Assembly: GCA_965235115.1 (NCBI GenBank)
Contig: OZ249436.1
Coordinates: forward strand, 5,582,001 to 5,646,000
Source of the DNA: Laetmonice hystrix
Lineage: Eukaryota
Direction of reading: 5' to 3'
DNA: 64,000 bases
Below the pieces are notes generated by a model. The model saw nothing but the letters and a program-made list of their open reading frames with translations. It ran no database searches and was not told where the DNA came from. This document shows, piece by piece, positions 49,801-62,351 of the stretch (position 1 is the stretch's first letter; each line of letters opens with the position of its first letter). The translations under genes were made by a program, and so were the position numbers.

Positions 49801-52800
49801 GTAGTATTGGGGCACCTGTCATTAAAACACTAATTGGCTTAGTAATGATGTAGTATTGGGGCACCTGTCATTAAAACACTAATTGGCTTAGTAATGATGT
49901 AGTATTGGGGCACCTGTCATTAAAACACTAATTGGCTTAGTAATGATGTAGTATTGGGGCACCTGTCATTAAAACAGTGATTGGCTTAGTAATGATGTAG
50001 TAGTGTGGCACCTGTCATTAAAACACTAATTGGCTTAGTAATGATGTAGTATTGGGGCACCTGTCATTAAAACAGTGATTGGCTTAGTAATGATGTAGTA
50101 TTGGGGCACCTGTCATTAAAACACTAATTGGCTTAGTAATGATGTAGTAGTGTGGCACCTGTCATTAAAACACTAATTGGCTTAGTAATGATGTAGTATT
50201 GGGGCACCTGTCATTAAAACAGTGATTGGCTTAGAAATGATGTAGTATTGGGGCACCTGTCATTAAAACACTAATTGGCTTAGTAATGATGTAGTATTGG
50301 GGCACCTGTCATTAAAACACTAATTGGCTTAGTAATGATGTAGTATTGGGGCACCTGTCATTAAAACACTAATTGGCTTAGTAATGATGTAGTAGTGTGG
50401 CACCTGTCATTAAAACACTAATCGGCTTAGTAATGATGTAGTATTGGGGCACCTGTAATTTTCTCGGTTACAATGATCTGTGTGACCTAAGCTTAGGCCA
50501 AAAAAAAAAGAATCGTTTCTTGTCCCCGCGCGCGTCACCTAAAAACCCCCGCGTCAAGTCTTTTTTCAAATCCGGCTGCTTCATAATTATGGTGGGCACT
50601 GTAGCGCTGTGACAGAACGTTGCAACGGTTCCTTGGCGTTGGCGTTTTTCTGCTATAGTACTGTAATTGCATTCGAAGAATCGGCCGTTGTCTAGTTGCA
50701 TCCAACTGTGGCCTTACTGTGTAAACTTATCTTGTACAACGTGAAGTTTTAGGTCAACCGGTGGTAGGCCTTTGTTATTCGCGGCCTAATGCCTTTCTGG
50801 GAGATTTTGATGGTTTTTCTTTCCTCGTTTTAAAGACACGTTTGGACACAATGATACTTGTCACTTATTGGATCTACACTGATCTATTGTATCACGATTT
50901 AAGATTTATGCGCATCTTGCTACAGATATGATTTCTACATTGAAGCCACCGATCCCGAAAACACCGGAAATTACTGGATCCGAGTGACAACTTTAGAGTT
51001 CATCCAAAACAACAAGGTTCGTTAAGCAGATATTTCAGGTGAACAACATCATCATCAACAACAACATCATCAACAATGAATCACTTCACTGTACACTGGG
51101 GGATCCAGGGGGCCCAAGGGCCCCCCCCCCTTAAATTTTCCTTTTCCCCGCTTTTTGTAAGAAGATGAATTATTCGGACCCTGAAACCAGTATTCCAACA
51201 AAATTCTATCAAAAAAAAGCCTCCTATATTGTACGTAAAAGTAACATCGGGCCCAATAGGGCCTCCTCAGTCATCCAGGAGCAACATAACTCTGGGTCAT
51301 GCAGCATTGAAATAGACCAAAGGGGCCCAAAATGGCATGATTACAATAAAATCATGCCGAGCTTAGCGAGGCTAAAATATTTTTAGGTGCCCCCCCCCCC
51401 CCCATTATCAAAATCCTGGATCCCCCACTGCTGTATAGGCCTACAGCATGTTTTCATAATCTATTCTACATAATTAGTAGTACAGAACAGATATTCGTTT
51501 ATTCATTGTAGCTATGAATATTTTTTTCAATCTTACAGATATACTGGAACCATTGTCATTGTACACAGGGCACATGCAATTAGTATGTGTCATTTGCATC
51601 ACAGTTATAACCTTGCGTAAACTAAAACCAACCCTAATTAATTTTATTTGTGTGAAACAATCATTACCTTGTAAACTGCCCACGCCCTTCCAGCGTGTAG
51701 AACCCAATGAGGTCGTAGCTATTCTCAGATATGATGAGGCACCACAAATAGAACCGGAATCCACACGAGTCAACTGCACCAGCCTCGCGCCTTGCCATGT
51801 ACTCAACTGCCCGTTTAGGTAAAAGTTGTAAGCTGCATCTGTCTAGACTAATCTATTTTTGGTTGGCCTTATCCTTTTTTATTTCAAGAATGTCATTAGT
51901 AGTATCCAGGTCGCGCTTTGATAATTCATCCAAGTCAGGTTGACATAGATTTGTGTTTGTATAGGAAATATCCAGACGTAGATCACATAGTTTGCCAACC
52001 AGTCACGGATCTACGTCTCACTCGACCGTTGGCAATCTTTCAACCGGACGACCCTGCGGATTTCGAAGAACATTTCCTAAACTTCCATTTTGTTTGGGAA
52101 GCTTCTGGAGACACGGAACACCCGTCGATAAACGGCGTGGTTCACCGACTGTCGTCTGGAAGTCCCCAGGTTTGTGTCCCACACAGAACGACAGCTAGAA
52201 TTGATATTTGCCATACAATTAAGTTTGTTGATTGCTCATAATGATTAATGTATTCCACTAAGTATAATGTGATCTCCATGGCCTCATGGACTTAAAGGTA
52301 ATATGTCACGGGGGGTATCGACCGATACCTGCTTACCGTTTTCTGCTTACCTGCTCACCACTGACGTACTTTATACTGATTGTTTTTCATATTGATTCTG
52401 GTAACATACTACGAGTAGACAGCTGTGAAATTCTCCCTAATGTAGAAAAACGAATAAAACTAGCTGCAGTGTCCGCAAAGTGCGATGAATCCGCCATTTT
52501 GGCCCCCTTTGGCTGCCGCGAATCGTTTGAACGGGTCCAATGATCACGTGACTCTCGCAAAACACAGCCGGCCGCAAATCCCGGGGTCTTGGAATCTGTG
52601 TCATTTTCAGTGACCGCCTTAAGAATTGGCGATTTTTTTTTACAAAATATCGGCCAAAGCTATATAAACAGGTAGGGGACCTTTGAGGCATATCGGAGAA
52701 CCGCAATGCAGACATATTTTTGATGAAACACGATGTATTATTTGCAATTCGTGACATATTACCTTTAAACAGTAAATTTTGACTCAAGCTTAACCAAGCC

Positions 52801-54266
52801 CAGCCATTGTTTTAGCACTCTCAGAACTTTACATATACATGTAGGTCTATATCCTTTTGGCAGGCTTACCCAAGTGAACCCTCAGAAGAACTCTGTGAGG
52901 AGATTATCTGTGCGAATGCAATATGCACGTGTCAACACCAGGTGGCGTTGTCATTAGGAAAGGTTATCCAGTTTAACATCGGCGTAACGGTATCGAATTC
53001 TCGTAAGTAGGACCTTTAAGTCACATCACATTATATATGTTTACATGTATTATAAATTAAAAGGAAAACACCGCTTGTAGAAATGTCAAGATTATTCAAC
53101 ATAAATGAACTTATAAGGTTCGAGAAAGCGTGATTTAATTTTTATCATTGAATAAATGTAGTTAGGCCTATATTGTCCTTTCGTTAGGTTATCTCCTGGA
53201 AAGGGGACAACATGATAACGTTTAAGTTAAATCAACATTAATAGAGTCTACATTTTGTAGTTATAAAATTTCCTGGTTGAAAAGCCAACTTCCTTTTTCC
53301 AACTTCAGCTGGCGTAATTAATGGTAATGACCATCCAGTTCATATCCACGGTCACAAGTTTCAATTGCTGAAAACTGTCTATGGCACGTACGATCCTGTG
53401 AGTAAGTACTACACGAACACGACGAATGACTTCTACTGTGAGGACGCTGCATGTAACCAACTGTCCTGGCCCAATAGTAGCTGGTATGGAGGTAACTTGG
53501 AAGGTTTAACACCAGAGGGCGCTCCGCTCAAGGACACGTTGGTCGTACCTGTTGGTGGCTATGTTGTAGTACGAATGAAAACCGACAACCCAGGTGAGTG
53601 GGATTTACGGATCTGAGACTGTGATAGCATTCGTGATTAGTGATAATCATAGTGATAAACATAATGTTTGTGATAGAGACGACAATAATCTTACTATAAT
53701 AAAGCTATTGTAATAACAGATAAGCCTACCGTAGTTTGAGACAAAAAGCGTTGGCGTAAAAATAATAATGACCTTTTCTCTTCTGAAAATTTACGGCAAA
53801 AGAACTCTCACATGTGTAATTTTCAGGGTACTGGTATATGCACTGTCACGTAGAGTTTCATAACGCGGAGGGCATGGGTCTCCAGTTTAAGGTAGGAAAC
53901 GAAGACGAGATGAATGATAGACCAGATAATTTACGAACCTGCGGCGATTTCTCGTGGGACGATGAGGAATTCGAGAATGGACTACTGGGTCTACCCTCTG
54001 GTATGTATTGATGTATGTCAAATCTATGTCGGATAACAATTCTAACATTGTTTTACAAGTTCTCTATTCTCCTTGTGTAAATTTATGTCGCCTTACTATA
54101 GGAATCTTGTTTTTTAATTGAAGAATTACCAGAATATAGGACGGAAGCCTATCAAATGGCCACGATTGTCCTGACGTCTTGCTCTGTCGTACTGTTGCTG
54201 CTGATCGCCAGAAAAGTTTGTGAGTCGAGATTGGCCACTCTAACACCGACCAAAGACCGTCCATGA
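43139..54266 (+). CDS. Three-domain multicopper oxidase (laccase/ascorbate oxidase-like) with signal peptide and C-terminal transmembrane helix, ~753 aa
   Basis: Exons 43139-43433, 43956-44056, 44675-44820, 46370-46490, 46972-47081, 47761-47870, 48983-49208, 50926-51016, 51694-51818, 51965-52169, 52864-53002, 53309-53593, 53827-54000, 54133-54266 total 2262 nt with consistent phases. All four Cu signatures are present: HSHG...WMDGV...CPI, GTHWYHSH, HPVHIHGH, WYMHCHVEFHNAEGM. The start codon and last exon are less certain. Confidence 0.93.
43618..43892. mobile_element. EnSpm-like MITE in a laccase intron
   Basis: CACTGTAAAAAAAT ... ATTTTTCTAACAATG ends with many TTACGG/CCGTAA subterminal motifs. 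Confidence 0.55.
44318..44508. repeat. 32-bp minisatellite, 6 copies
   Basis: Unit ATCATTTACATAGCCAAAATAAATTACGCCAA. Confidence 0.95.
44783..46115 (+). repeat. 45/49-bp minisatellite, ~28 copies, made of the laccase exon-3 end plus its donor site
   Basis: Unit CACTGCCCTATCAACCCRGGGGAAACGTTTACATATAG|GTACAGT(ATCT). The first copy is the real exon end, encoding HCPINPGETFTYR. Confidence 0.97.
46790..46892. repeat. (CT)n microsatellite
   Basis: Directly visible CT run. Confidence 0.98.
47338..47682. mobile_element. Kolobok-like MITE
   Basis: TIR AGGTACAGGAAAAGTTC with TTAA TSD. Confidence 0.85.
48035..48424. mobile_element. Harbinger-like MITE
   Basis: TIR core TCACACCTTGCCGGATAGCATAAACGGA, with TTAA on both flanks. 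Confidence 0.8.
48429..48886. mobile_element. 458-bp PIF/Harbinger-like MITE, copy 2 (inverted relative to 13850-14307)
   Basis: Same TIR AGCGGTGTTTCCATTAACGCGG with TAA TSD (48426-28, 48887-89). It is inserted in the flank of the adjacent MITE. Confidence 0.88.
49237..50457. repeat. 49-bp minisatellite, ~25 copies, starting ~28 nt after a laccase donor site
   Basis: Unit AAAACACTAATTGGCTTAGTAATGATGTAGTATTGGGGCACCTGTCATT with two interspersed variant positions. Confidence 0.97.
52296..52764. mobile_element. Kolobok-like MITE
   Basis: TIR AGGTAATATGTCACG with TTAA TSD. Confidence 0.85.
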
Positions 54267-55480
54267 CATCTAGATATGGGGGCAACCCTTTCTAAATCAC
54301 CCAGCGTAACTTCAACCTGTGGAGTTGAGAAAACGATGGACGCACCTCAATTCGAGGGAAGATGTTTAAAAAATTGTGCCTCATGTCATTCACTCCGTGC
54401 AGTTGTCTTGGCCCACATCATGACTCGACATAAAAGAAATTTACGTAGTCCTTTCGGAGCATAAATGTGGAGAATCTTGGGCCATTTATTTTCAGAAGTT
54501 GATTATATTTCAATAGTTGGGAAAGATAAAAAGTGGTTCTGAGGCAGATCTGATTTCGTTTCTTGTTTCTCTGTTTTATATCTAACTGAGTTCAACTGAG
54601 ACGACATTACTAGTATTTTTTACATATACGTGTAGGTTTCTACCATATACATAATGTTATTGCAGGATTCTGCATTTAATTTTAATTATAAATAATAAAA
54701 ATCATGAAAGATGACATGGAAATAAAATATTTTAGATCCAATTTTGGTATTTTCCTTATTTGGTTAAGTCAGGTAAATATTGAAATTACCTGGGTCTTGG
54801 CCCAGTACGATGCTGTAACATTTTGCTATATTGATACAAATATTACACTGTAAACAGGAGGGTGTAGGCTGACGTTACAGGTATTCTGAACAAATATGAT
54901 ATACAGGTGTAGAGTATATCAATCAAGTTGATATTTAGAGTCTAGATCTAGAACCGTTATGTGAATAGACCCTATAGTCTTTGATAGAGCTTCGTTCAGA
55001 GGCCAGAATTCGCCTGTTCTGCGCCAACAGTGGCGGCATCTAGTGTCAGTTATGGGAAGTTTGAAACCGCACCGAATAATTATACGTATGATATTGGCTT
55101 TTGGAGGGTTTAGTTTTAAATATGTTGTGCCAGGACATTAATCTTAAAAGATGTACCGTCCGGTGGTGAAGCTTTTCTCCGTGTTTCCCTTCGGTATCTC
55201 GAAAACTGAGTAATAACTCGTGCTGTGATCCACCATGTAACGGGGCCAGCGTTGGAAATAGGTGATAAAATTCTGCAGACGTGCATGACATCTAGACATG
55301 ACATCTAGACCAAACATTATGTGTATCAAGGTAGGTCTAAAGGACGTTTTCCCCAGTTGCGTGCAAATAAAACACTATCAGATCCGAAGCAGGCCTCACA
55401 ACGCGTGGCACAAATCAGGGAATGTAACAACAGACACTTTGCAACACTTCCATACACAGAAAATATATTTTTTTAATCTG

Positions 55481-57263
55481 TTAACTTACTTCACACAAGA
55501 ACAAACCGAATACACAGCAAAGCAATGTTAATAGTGACAACCACTTGCTACCAGTCTCACCAGTAGGGGGCGTGAGTGTCGGTGGCCGCCTCGTTGTCCT
55601 TCCATCCGGGCAGTTGTCTGGGCACGGTCCACATAATGACTCGAGATAAAAGAGGCTTCCACCAAAGACTTTATTTTGGCTGCTCGTGACTGGAAACAGA
55701 TCCCTTGAAATGGACGAGGTGGTCACTCTGACAACTACCAGTCCCACGCCACCAAGGCCAGATTGTTGTGAGTAACATCCGAAGTATACCCGTAGTGGAG
55801 AGGATGACGCCACGGAAACTCCAGTAAGTACACGACCTAACGGCATCGATGTATCCGCTGGAGCGTGAAAAGAAAAAAAGAAAATTGAACAAAATAATTG
55901 ACAAGGCAGACTAGAGATATTATATTTTTACAAAGAAATATTATAATATTTCCGTCGTTAAAAACTACCATTGCAACATATTTAAACTGGAAATAAAATG
56001 ATAGGCATAAAGTTGTGAATCGGCCTATCCTCTGGACCCAGTTTTTATAAACTTAATAATTTGCATAAGTTTAAGCTTAACGATTCCAATTGGCTAATCA
56101 AAAGCCTTTAGCTTAAGCAACTTTTTAAACTAAAAAATGGGGGCCGTAATGTGCTCACCTGTACATATTCCTTCATCATAGGCCTGTCCCTGGTCTACGA
56201 TCACCGACTTGATACTGAGATTTGGCCCGTCGACTGGGGCACATGTCAATGTTTCAGCTGCCGTCCAACATAGCATTCCATTCATGTAGTCCAACTCTCC
56301 GAACCCTCGAATTCGTGTGTTACCCCCGTATTCACTGGGCACCCTCACAGAGGACACTATTTTACCTTTGGTGAGATTTTGAACTTGGTACAGGTTCATT
56401 TTCACCTCGCTTTCTTCTTTTTCTATCAGTTGTAGATAGAAATACAGAACGCCGTCCGAGCTGGCTTGTACTGGTTGCAAGGAACTGCCGAGCCACGTGG
56501 TGAGAACGGTTTTGTCTAGGATGTATTCAATGCTATGGACTGTTGCCGCGAGGTCGGAGTATTTCAGTACATCAAAATTGGGGATAACTGACCCAGCACC
56601 CCGGGTGATATTTTGAAGGATCTCCTCATATCCCTTAACTAAAACTCGGACCTGGATCTCTCTGCGAAGGGAATCGGAATATTGTCCAAACACCGCAGAA
56701 AGGACAAAATACAATCTACTCTTATTCAGGGTAAAAGCTGCCCATCCACACTTCCAGCCACATTCCATCAAGAAAGGGTGGTCCGGGTCAACCAGCCGTA
56801 CCTCCGGAATGTCTATTCGGAGTGGCAAGGCAGTGTAGTCGGTAGAGTATGGGATATTGGAGGGACAGATGTTTCCCTTTGCAACAATCGTCCTGTCTTT
56901 GGTGAGGTTCTCGACCTCCACTAGAACGTCCCGACTGACTGGATCAAACGACGTCCGTCGTATGTTGACACCGTGCGCGCTGAAGGCATCGGGCAGTTCG
57001 AATCCATTGTAGCCACGTTCAAATAGGTTGTCTGCTTGGCCATTATTTGAATGGTTAATTGAACCTCCCCATAACCCAGGTTTCACCCCATCGCCCCCAG
57101 GAGAGGCTCTGAAGAGGAAGCCAGCCTCCCCAGACCTGGTCAAGATGAAGACGAGATAACAAAGAATGACGTTATGACTGGCGTTCCTTCCATGACGTCG
57201 GCACAGACGACAATTGAATGGCACCCAGCCGTGAGTGGCTCTACCCTTTGTGGTCTGAAACAT
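55481..57263 (-). CDS. Uncharacterised 493-aa secreted, probably GPI- or membrane-anchored protein (2 coding exons)
   Basis: Exons 57263-56159 (donor G|GTGAGC) and 55857-55481 (acceptor TTTTCACGCTCCAG) join in phase 1 and total 1482 nt. N-terminal hydrophobic segment VILCYLVFILTRSGEA, a beta-rich Cys-containing body, a Thr/Pro stalk and a hydrophobic C-terminus WLSLLTLLCCVFGLFLCEVS. Confidence 0.8.
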
Positions 57264-58227
57264 AAAGCCGAGTTTTCATAACGAATATTGTCGCCGAGAG
57301 CATTTTAATATAGACACACAGAGAAGGAATATTATATATAGGCCTCCTAATTATGTCGGTGTAACTTTACAGAAATTGAATTGCGAAATAGGTCATATCA
57401 AACCACGCCTAAAATAATTTACTAGGGCCCTACATCTCTCTTGCCAGACAAAAACGGTCAGAACTCTCGACATCCTATAGTTTTTCCTTAGACATAAGTG
57501 CAGACAGAGATATCGTATAGGCCTACATGTATCTAATGCTGCTACCGTTTGGATGTACATGTATATCTAATGCTGCTACCGTTTGGACCCGTCGTTGTTT
57601 ATATTATAGCCATTAGTAGGCCACTATCTTGAAGTTATTCGGCCTCTATTTACACTGAGATAGTGCTATAGCAGTGCTGTAGCCAGGGGTTGATGCCCGG
57701 GGAGAGGGTGGGGGGGTTACCAAGAGATTATTGTGGGGTGGACATCCTTGATGACCATACTGATAACCAAACAATGTTTTAACCGGGGGGTTACATTCGT
57801 ACCCGGGGGGTTACATTCGTACCCGGGGGAGGGGGGGTACAGAACCCCACCCCCACCCCGGCCACGGTCCTGTTACAGATCAGTAAACATTGGAAACAGG
57901 ATGCAGGGGCGGATACAGGATTTTCAAGACGGGGGGGTGCTATGAAAAAGGGCACTTTCTCACCCCCCCAGTGAGTAGACTAAACAGTCAAATAAAAGTA
58001 GCACACCAACAGGGCGGTAGCTAGAAATGTTTGAGTGTGGGGGCAGTCATGGGGCGGATCCAGGAATTTGGTAAAAGGGGTGTCCCCCATGCGAGCGCCG
58101 AAGTCGAGAAGCCATGAATGGGGGGTCTGGGGGCCCTCCCCCGGAAAAAAAGAAAATTACAGTGCCAAATACGCGATATAGACCAGCCTTTAGGCCTATA
58201 ATAGACCTATATAGGGCAGTAATGTCA

Positions 58228-58747
58228 GGATTGTAATGTGGCACTGCCTGCCCTGTCACGGAATGAGAAGGACTGTAATGTGGCACTGCCTGCCCTGGCA
58301 CGGAATGAGGATTGTAATGTGGCACTGCCTGCCCTGGCACGGAATGAGGATTGTAATGTGGCACTGCCTGCCCTGGCACGGAATGAGGATTGTAATGTGG
58401 CACTGCCTGCCCTGGCACGGAATGAGAATTGTAATGTGGCACTGCCTGCCCTGTCACGGAATGAGAAGGATTGTAATGTGGCACTGCCTGCCCTGGCACG
58501 GAATGAGGATTGTAATGTGGCACTGCCTGCCCTGTCACGGAATGAGAAGGACTGTAATGTGGCACTGCCTGCCCTGGCACGGAATGAGGATTGTAATGTG
58601 GCACTGCCTGCCCTGTCACGGAATGAGAAGGATTGTAATGTGGCACTGCCTGCCCTGGCACGGATGAGGATTGTAATGTGGCACTGCCTGCCCTGGCACG
58701 GAATGAGAATTGTAATGTGGCACTGCCTGCCCTGGCACGGAATGAGA
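58228..58747. repeat. 39/42-bp minisatellite, ~13 copies
   Basis: Unit GGATTGTAATGTGGCACTGCCTGCCCTGGCACGGAATGA(GAA). Confidence 0.97.
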
Positions 58748-59578
58748 TGGATTAGTTGTTTCGTGAAATGGCATGGCATTTGATTCCGGAATTAGTAAAA
58801 AGTCTGACCCCGATAGATTAAAGTAAGATGGTGCCATTTATTATAAATTACCAGTGTAAGGCTAACGAGCTTATGATGTCACTTATGAATAAAGGAGGAT
58901 ACATTTTGATGAAATAAAGTGTTGAAAAGTAACAATTCACACCATTGTTTGGTTATAAATATTTTAAAAATAAAAGGTATGCGCCCTTGAGAGTCGGCAT
59001 ATAGTTAAAAAAGGGGAAAAATTGTCTGCGAACATTTAAAAAAAAACCTTGTGGACCTACAATAAAGGTTGTATCTATGTCAATGTGAAAGACTTAAATC
59101 GATCTGTTAGTCTTCCGACTCTGACTTTAAGAGAGCTATATCTGTGTCTAAAGAGAAAGCCCTTGCAAGTGTTGTTACTAAATTTAAGCCTTTGCTGTTA
59201 GGTTGGTTTTTTAAATTCCCTGACTCGAGAGCTCCGACCAGTCTGTGTACGCATTATGTTACACCTTGGGGGATGATGTCTGGGATAAAACCTCCCCTGT
59301 CAAACACTCGATCGTCTCTGCAGTCTCCAGCCAACACATGATGCCAGTCGTTAGACCGAGCTGGGAACTGGCTCGATGGATATCATATTATACCATCTCT
59401 CATGATCATATCACGTCACTCAGCTTCGGTGAGGTGGAAATCATGTGGGGGCAGTTGATGGCGTTTATTAAACTCATCCCACTGGGATGTCACCGTCCAA
59501 ATGGTTCAATAATTTATGGAAATTTAAAAATAAATGAAAAAAATTAAATGTGAATCAGTGTGAATCAATGTCAACTTC

Positions 59579-59880
59579 GGTCCATCACAAAATAGTCAAT
59601 CAATAGTGTCCATCACAAAATAGTCAATCAATAGTGTCCATCACAAAATAGTCAATCAATAGTGTCCATCACAAAATAGTCAATCAATAGTGTCCATCAC
59701 AAAATAGTCAATCAATAGTGTCCATCACAAAATAGTCAATCAATAGTGTCCATCACAAAATAGTCAATCAATAGTGTCCATTACAAAATAGTCAATCAAT
59801 AGTGTCCATTACAAAATAGTCAATCAGTAGTGTCCATTACAAAATAATCAATAGTGTCCATTACAAAATAGTCAATCAAT
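59579..59880. repeat. 28-bp minisatellite, ~11 copies
   Basis: Unit GTCCATCACAAAATAGTCAATCAATAGT. It begins a few nt after a minus-strand CAG|GTATAT donor-like site at ~59888. Confidence 0.95.
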
Positions 59881-60160
59881 AATATACCTGGGCACTGAAT
59901 ACAAAAATGGTCACGATGTCCGAGATATCGTTGTAATTTATATTGCACTAACCCCGTCAAACCACTTCCAGATTGCCAGGATGTAGTTTTTCAGTCTTTG
60001 TTCCGTGTTTTGTTCCGACCCAGGGCTCTGAGCACTATTGTCCCATCTCAGTCTGTAAAGGCCATGTCGTTAATTGTTATCACATATTGGCACCCACTCC
60101 ACATCCTAACTGAGCCATGGAAACCTTTTAGGATAGTGTGTTATACTGGACAGATTGCCC

Positions 60161-60313
60161 CAGTTAGCCGTTCTAGGAGACCCACGTGGTCCGGCCCACA
60201 GTTAGCCGTTCTAGGAGACCCACGTGGTCCGGCCCACAGTTAGCCGTTCTAGGAGACCCACGTGGTCCGGCCCACAGTTAGCCGTTCTAGGAGACCCACG
60301 TGGTCCGGCCCAC
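60161..60313. repeat. 38-bp tandem repeat, 4 copies
   Basis: Unit CAGTTAGCCGTTCTAGGAGACCCACGTGGTCCGGCCCA. Confidence 0.96.
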
Positions 60314-62351
60314 AAGTAAATATTGCCCAACACGAACATGATGGCCCTCCATTGGTAAGCACACAACGTTACAACGTTTAACACTGAATCACTGTGTACT
60401 CAACCAGGATGAGATATTGTCTCCTGCCCTGAGTCCGGCAATAATATAATAGACTATGTGATGTTCTAAGACCTAGTTATAAATACGATTAGTGCCAGTA
60501 TATTCTTATATGGGTTAGTCAACCTATATTATTTTAAATTATCACCATTTCCAAAATAATAGAATATCGTGTAGCAGTTAAGCCTACTCGCCATCACAGT
60601 TCACAAAGCTAAACGCTTTTAATTTAATGAGATGAAAATATATTTTTCTTGAATTGGGAAGCCATGATAAGTAGATCTAGGCCTGCAGCATAATCGAAAA
60701 TTCGCCCCGAAACGGATGTAGGTATGTCTATACAGTGGTTACATACGTACCATCGGAAGAATATCTATAACACCCACCATATTTCAGTTTTCCAAATGCG
60801 TGCGGCTTTGTCCGTTCAGTCAGAACCGACCATGCAGGCGACGATGTGTTCCTTGGTGATGATCACATCTAACGGCTAGCAACCTTTCCAGGGAGTTTCA
60901 GCTATTCGTTCCTTTCATTCTTGTCCTCAAGACCGACGGATCGGCCTTACTCCATCTGCCGGTCAGTGCCACCTCCTGGTATATCTGATCCTCGTGAACC
61001 AGATCTGTGCCGTGAAGGACGCGCTTACTGTGTCCGGCATTCCATCAAGTCTCAACCACTGAGTGTGGCGAACCGACTGACTCAAGTCCCGCAGCGGACG
61101 CTGCATGCGGACATAGGCATAAACAACAACGTTTGCATAGGGGTAATACTAACGGACGGTATTATAATACTTGTGACCCTAATAAACATGAGTAAACACA
61201 ATATCACTGACTTCAAACGATTCAACGCGAGATTCAGTGCCTTGAAATGACCTGTTCTTCACTTATCGTTTTTAACTTATATAGATGTAAATATGCAACT
61301 ATAGGCTACTAGGCCCTAATTTAGCATTTAAGAAAATTTAAGCATGACCCCCTCCCCTTCCGGAATAGATCTATGGGCTAATCTCCCAGAATTTTTATTT
61401 TTCTGTCGTTTATATATTCCTGAATAAGGGGGCCTTGGAGGTCGACTGTAAAACAACGGGTTTTTGTCTGCCAGTATATCCTTTGTTTAGGAAAGACTTG
61501 TTGACTGAATACACAAAGAGTCATGACAAACGTTGGAGGCGGTCAGAATGGCGGCCTCGATCGGATGTTGTGATTGTATAAATACGGGTATTATAGGCCC
61601 CTCCTTATGTCACTGAGTATTTCCGTGTCCGGTACCGTGAATGCTATCGACTAGACCTACCCATAATAATTATGCAGTTCAAAATTCTACGCTTGTTTAG
61701 ATCGGATCGGATCGGGGTACCAGTCAATGAATGCTCTAGCGGGCCGCCTACGTCATTGATGTTGGTCAATAGTTATTTGTGTAAATTCTTGCCAATAGGC
61801 CTATCTGTCATCAGATAGATCTACGGCCGATTTTTCTCCATAGGAAAGCTATGGAGATGGGCCGGATCCGGGGGGGGGGGGTTGTGGGGGTTGCAACCCC
61901 CCTTAGAAATCCCCCCCCAAAAAGAAAAAAGAAAAGAAAAACAAGGGTCAAATGTCCGTCCTCCAGGAACCGCAGTGTGAGTAGTCTATATATTTCATAC
62001 AATAACAATAATTTTGGACTAGACGATTGCCCCCCCCCCCCCTTGAAAATCCTAGATCAGGCGCTGATACGGTCTGTGTATCTGAAGAGAGTGTGGCCCC
62101 AATTACGTAAAACAGAAGCGGGGTTCTTCATGACATGTAGGCCTATATTATTTCTGGCATTCTATCACGTGTTGACAACACCTGGGGACAGAATATCTGT
62201 TGGTATCGACTCAGTCAGAACACAAACGGCAAAGCTGGCCTCCGGCAACAAGTAGGATAAAGTAACGCTGCCCGTACGTCACAGACTGGTGACGTCATCA
62301 GCACTTGGTAACGGCCGCCGTCGGCGCAGCACCCATACATGTGCATGGCTC

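Larger units (their letters stand above)
59250..61230 (-). pseudogene. Possible decayed paralog of the 493-aa gene
   Basis: Collinear minus-strand peptide remnants VILCLLMFI (~61200), LMECRTQ*/ASFT (~61045-61010), SSDGT (~60755) and GIMCWLETAETIEC (~59345-59300) correspond to VILCYLVFI, LMECGWKCGWAAFT, SSDGV and GMLCWTAAETLTC in the intact gene. Stops and frameshifts occur throughout. Confidence 0.4.

Noticed and set aside
58047..58837. Several overlapping 140-200-aa ORFs on both strands
   Set aside because: Products of the 39/42-bp minisatellite, with no splice or compositional support.
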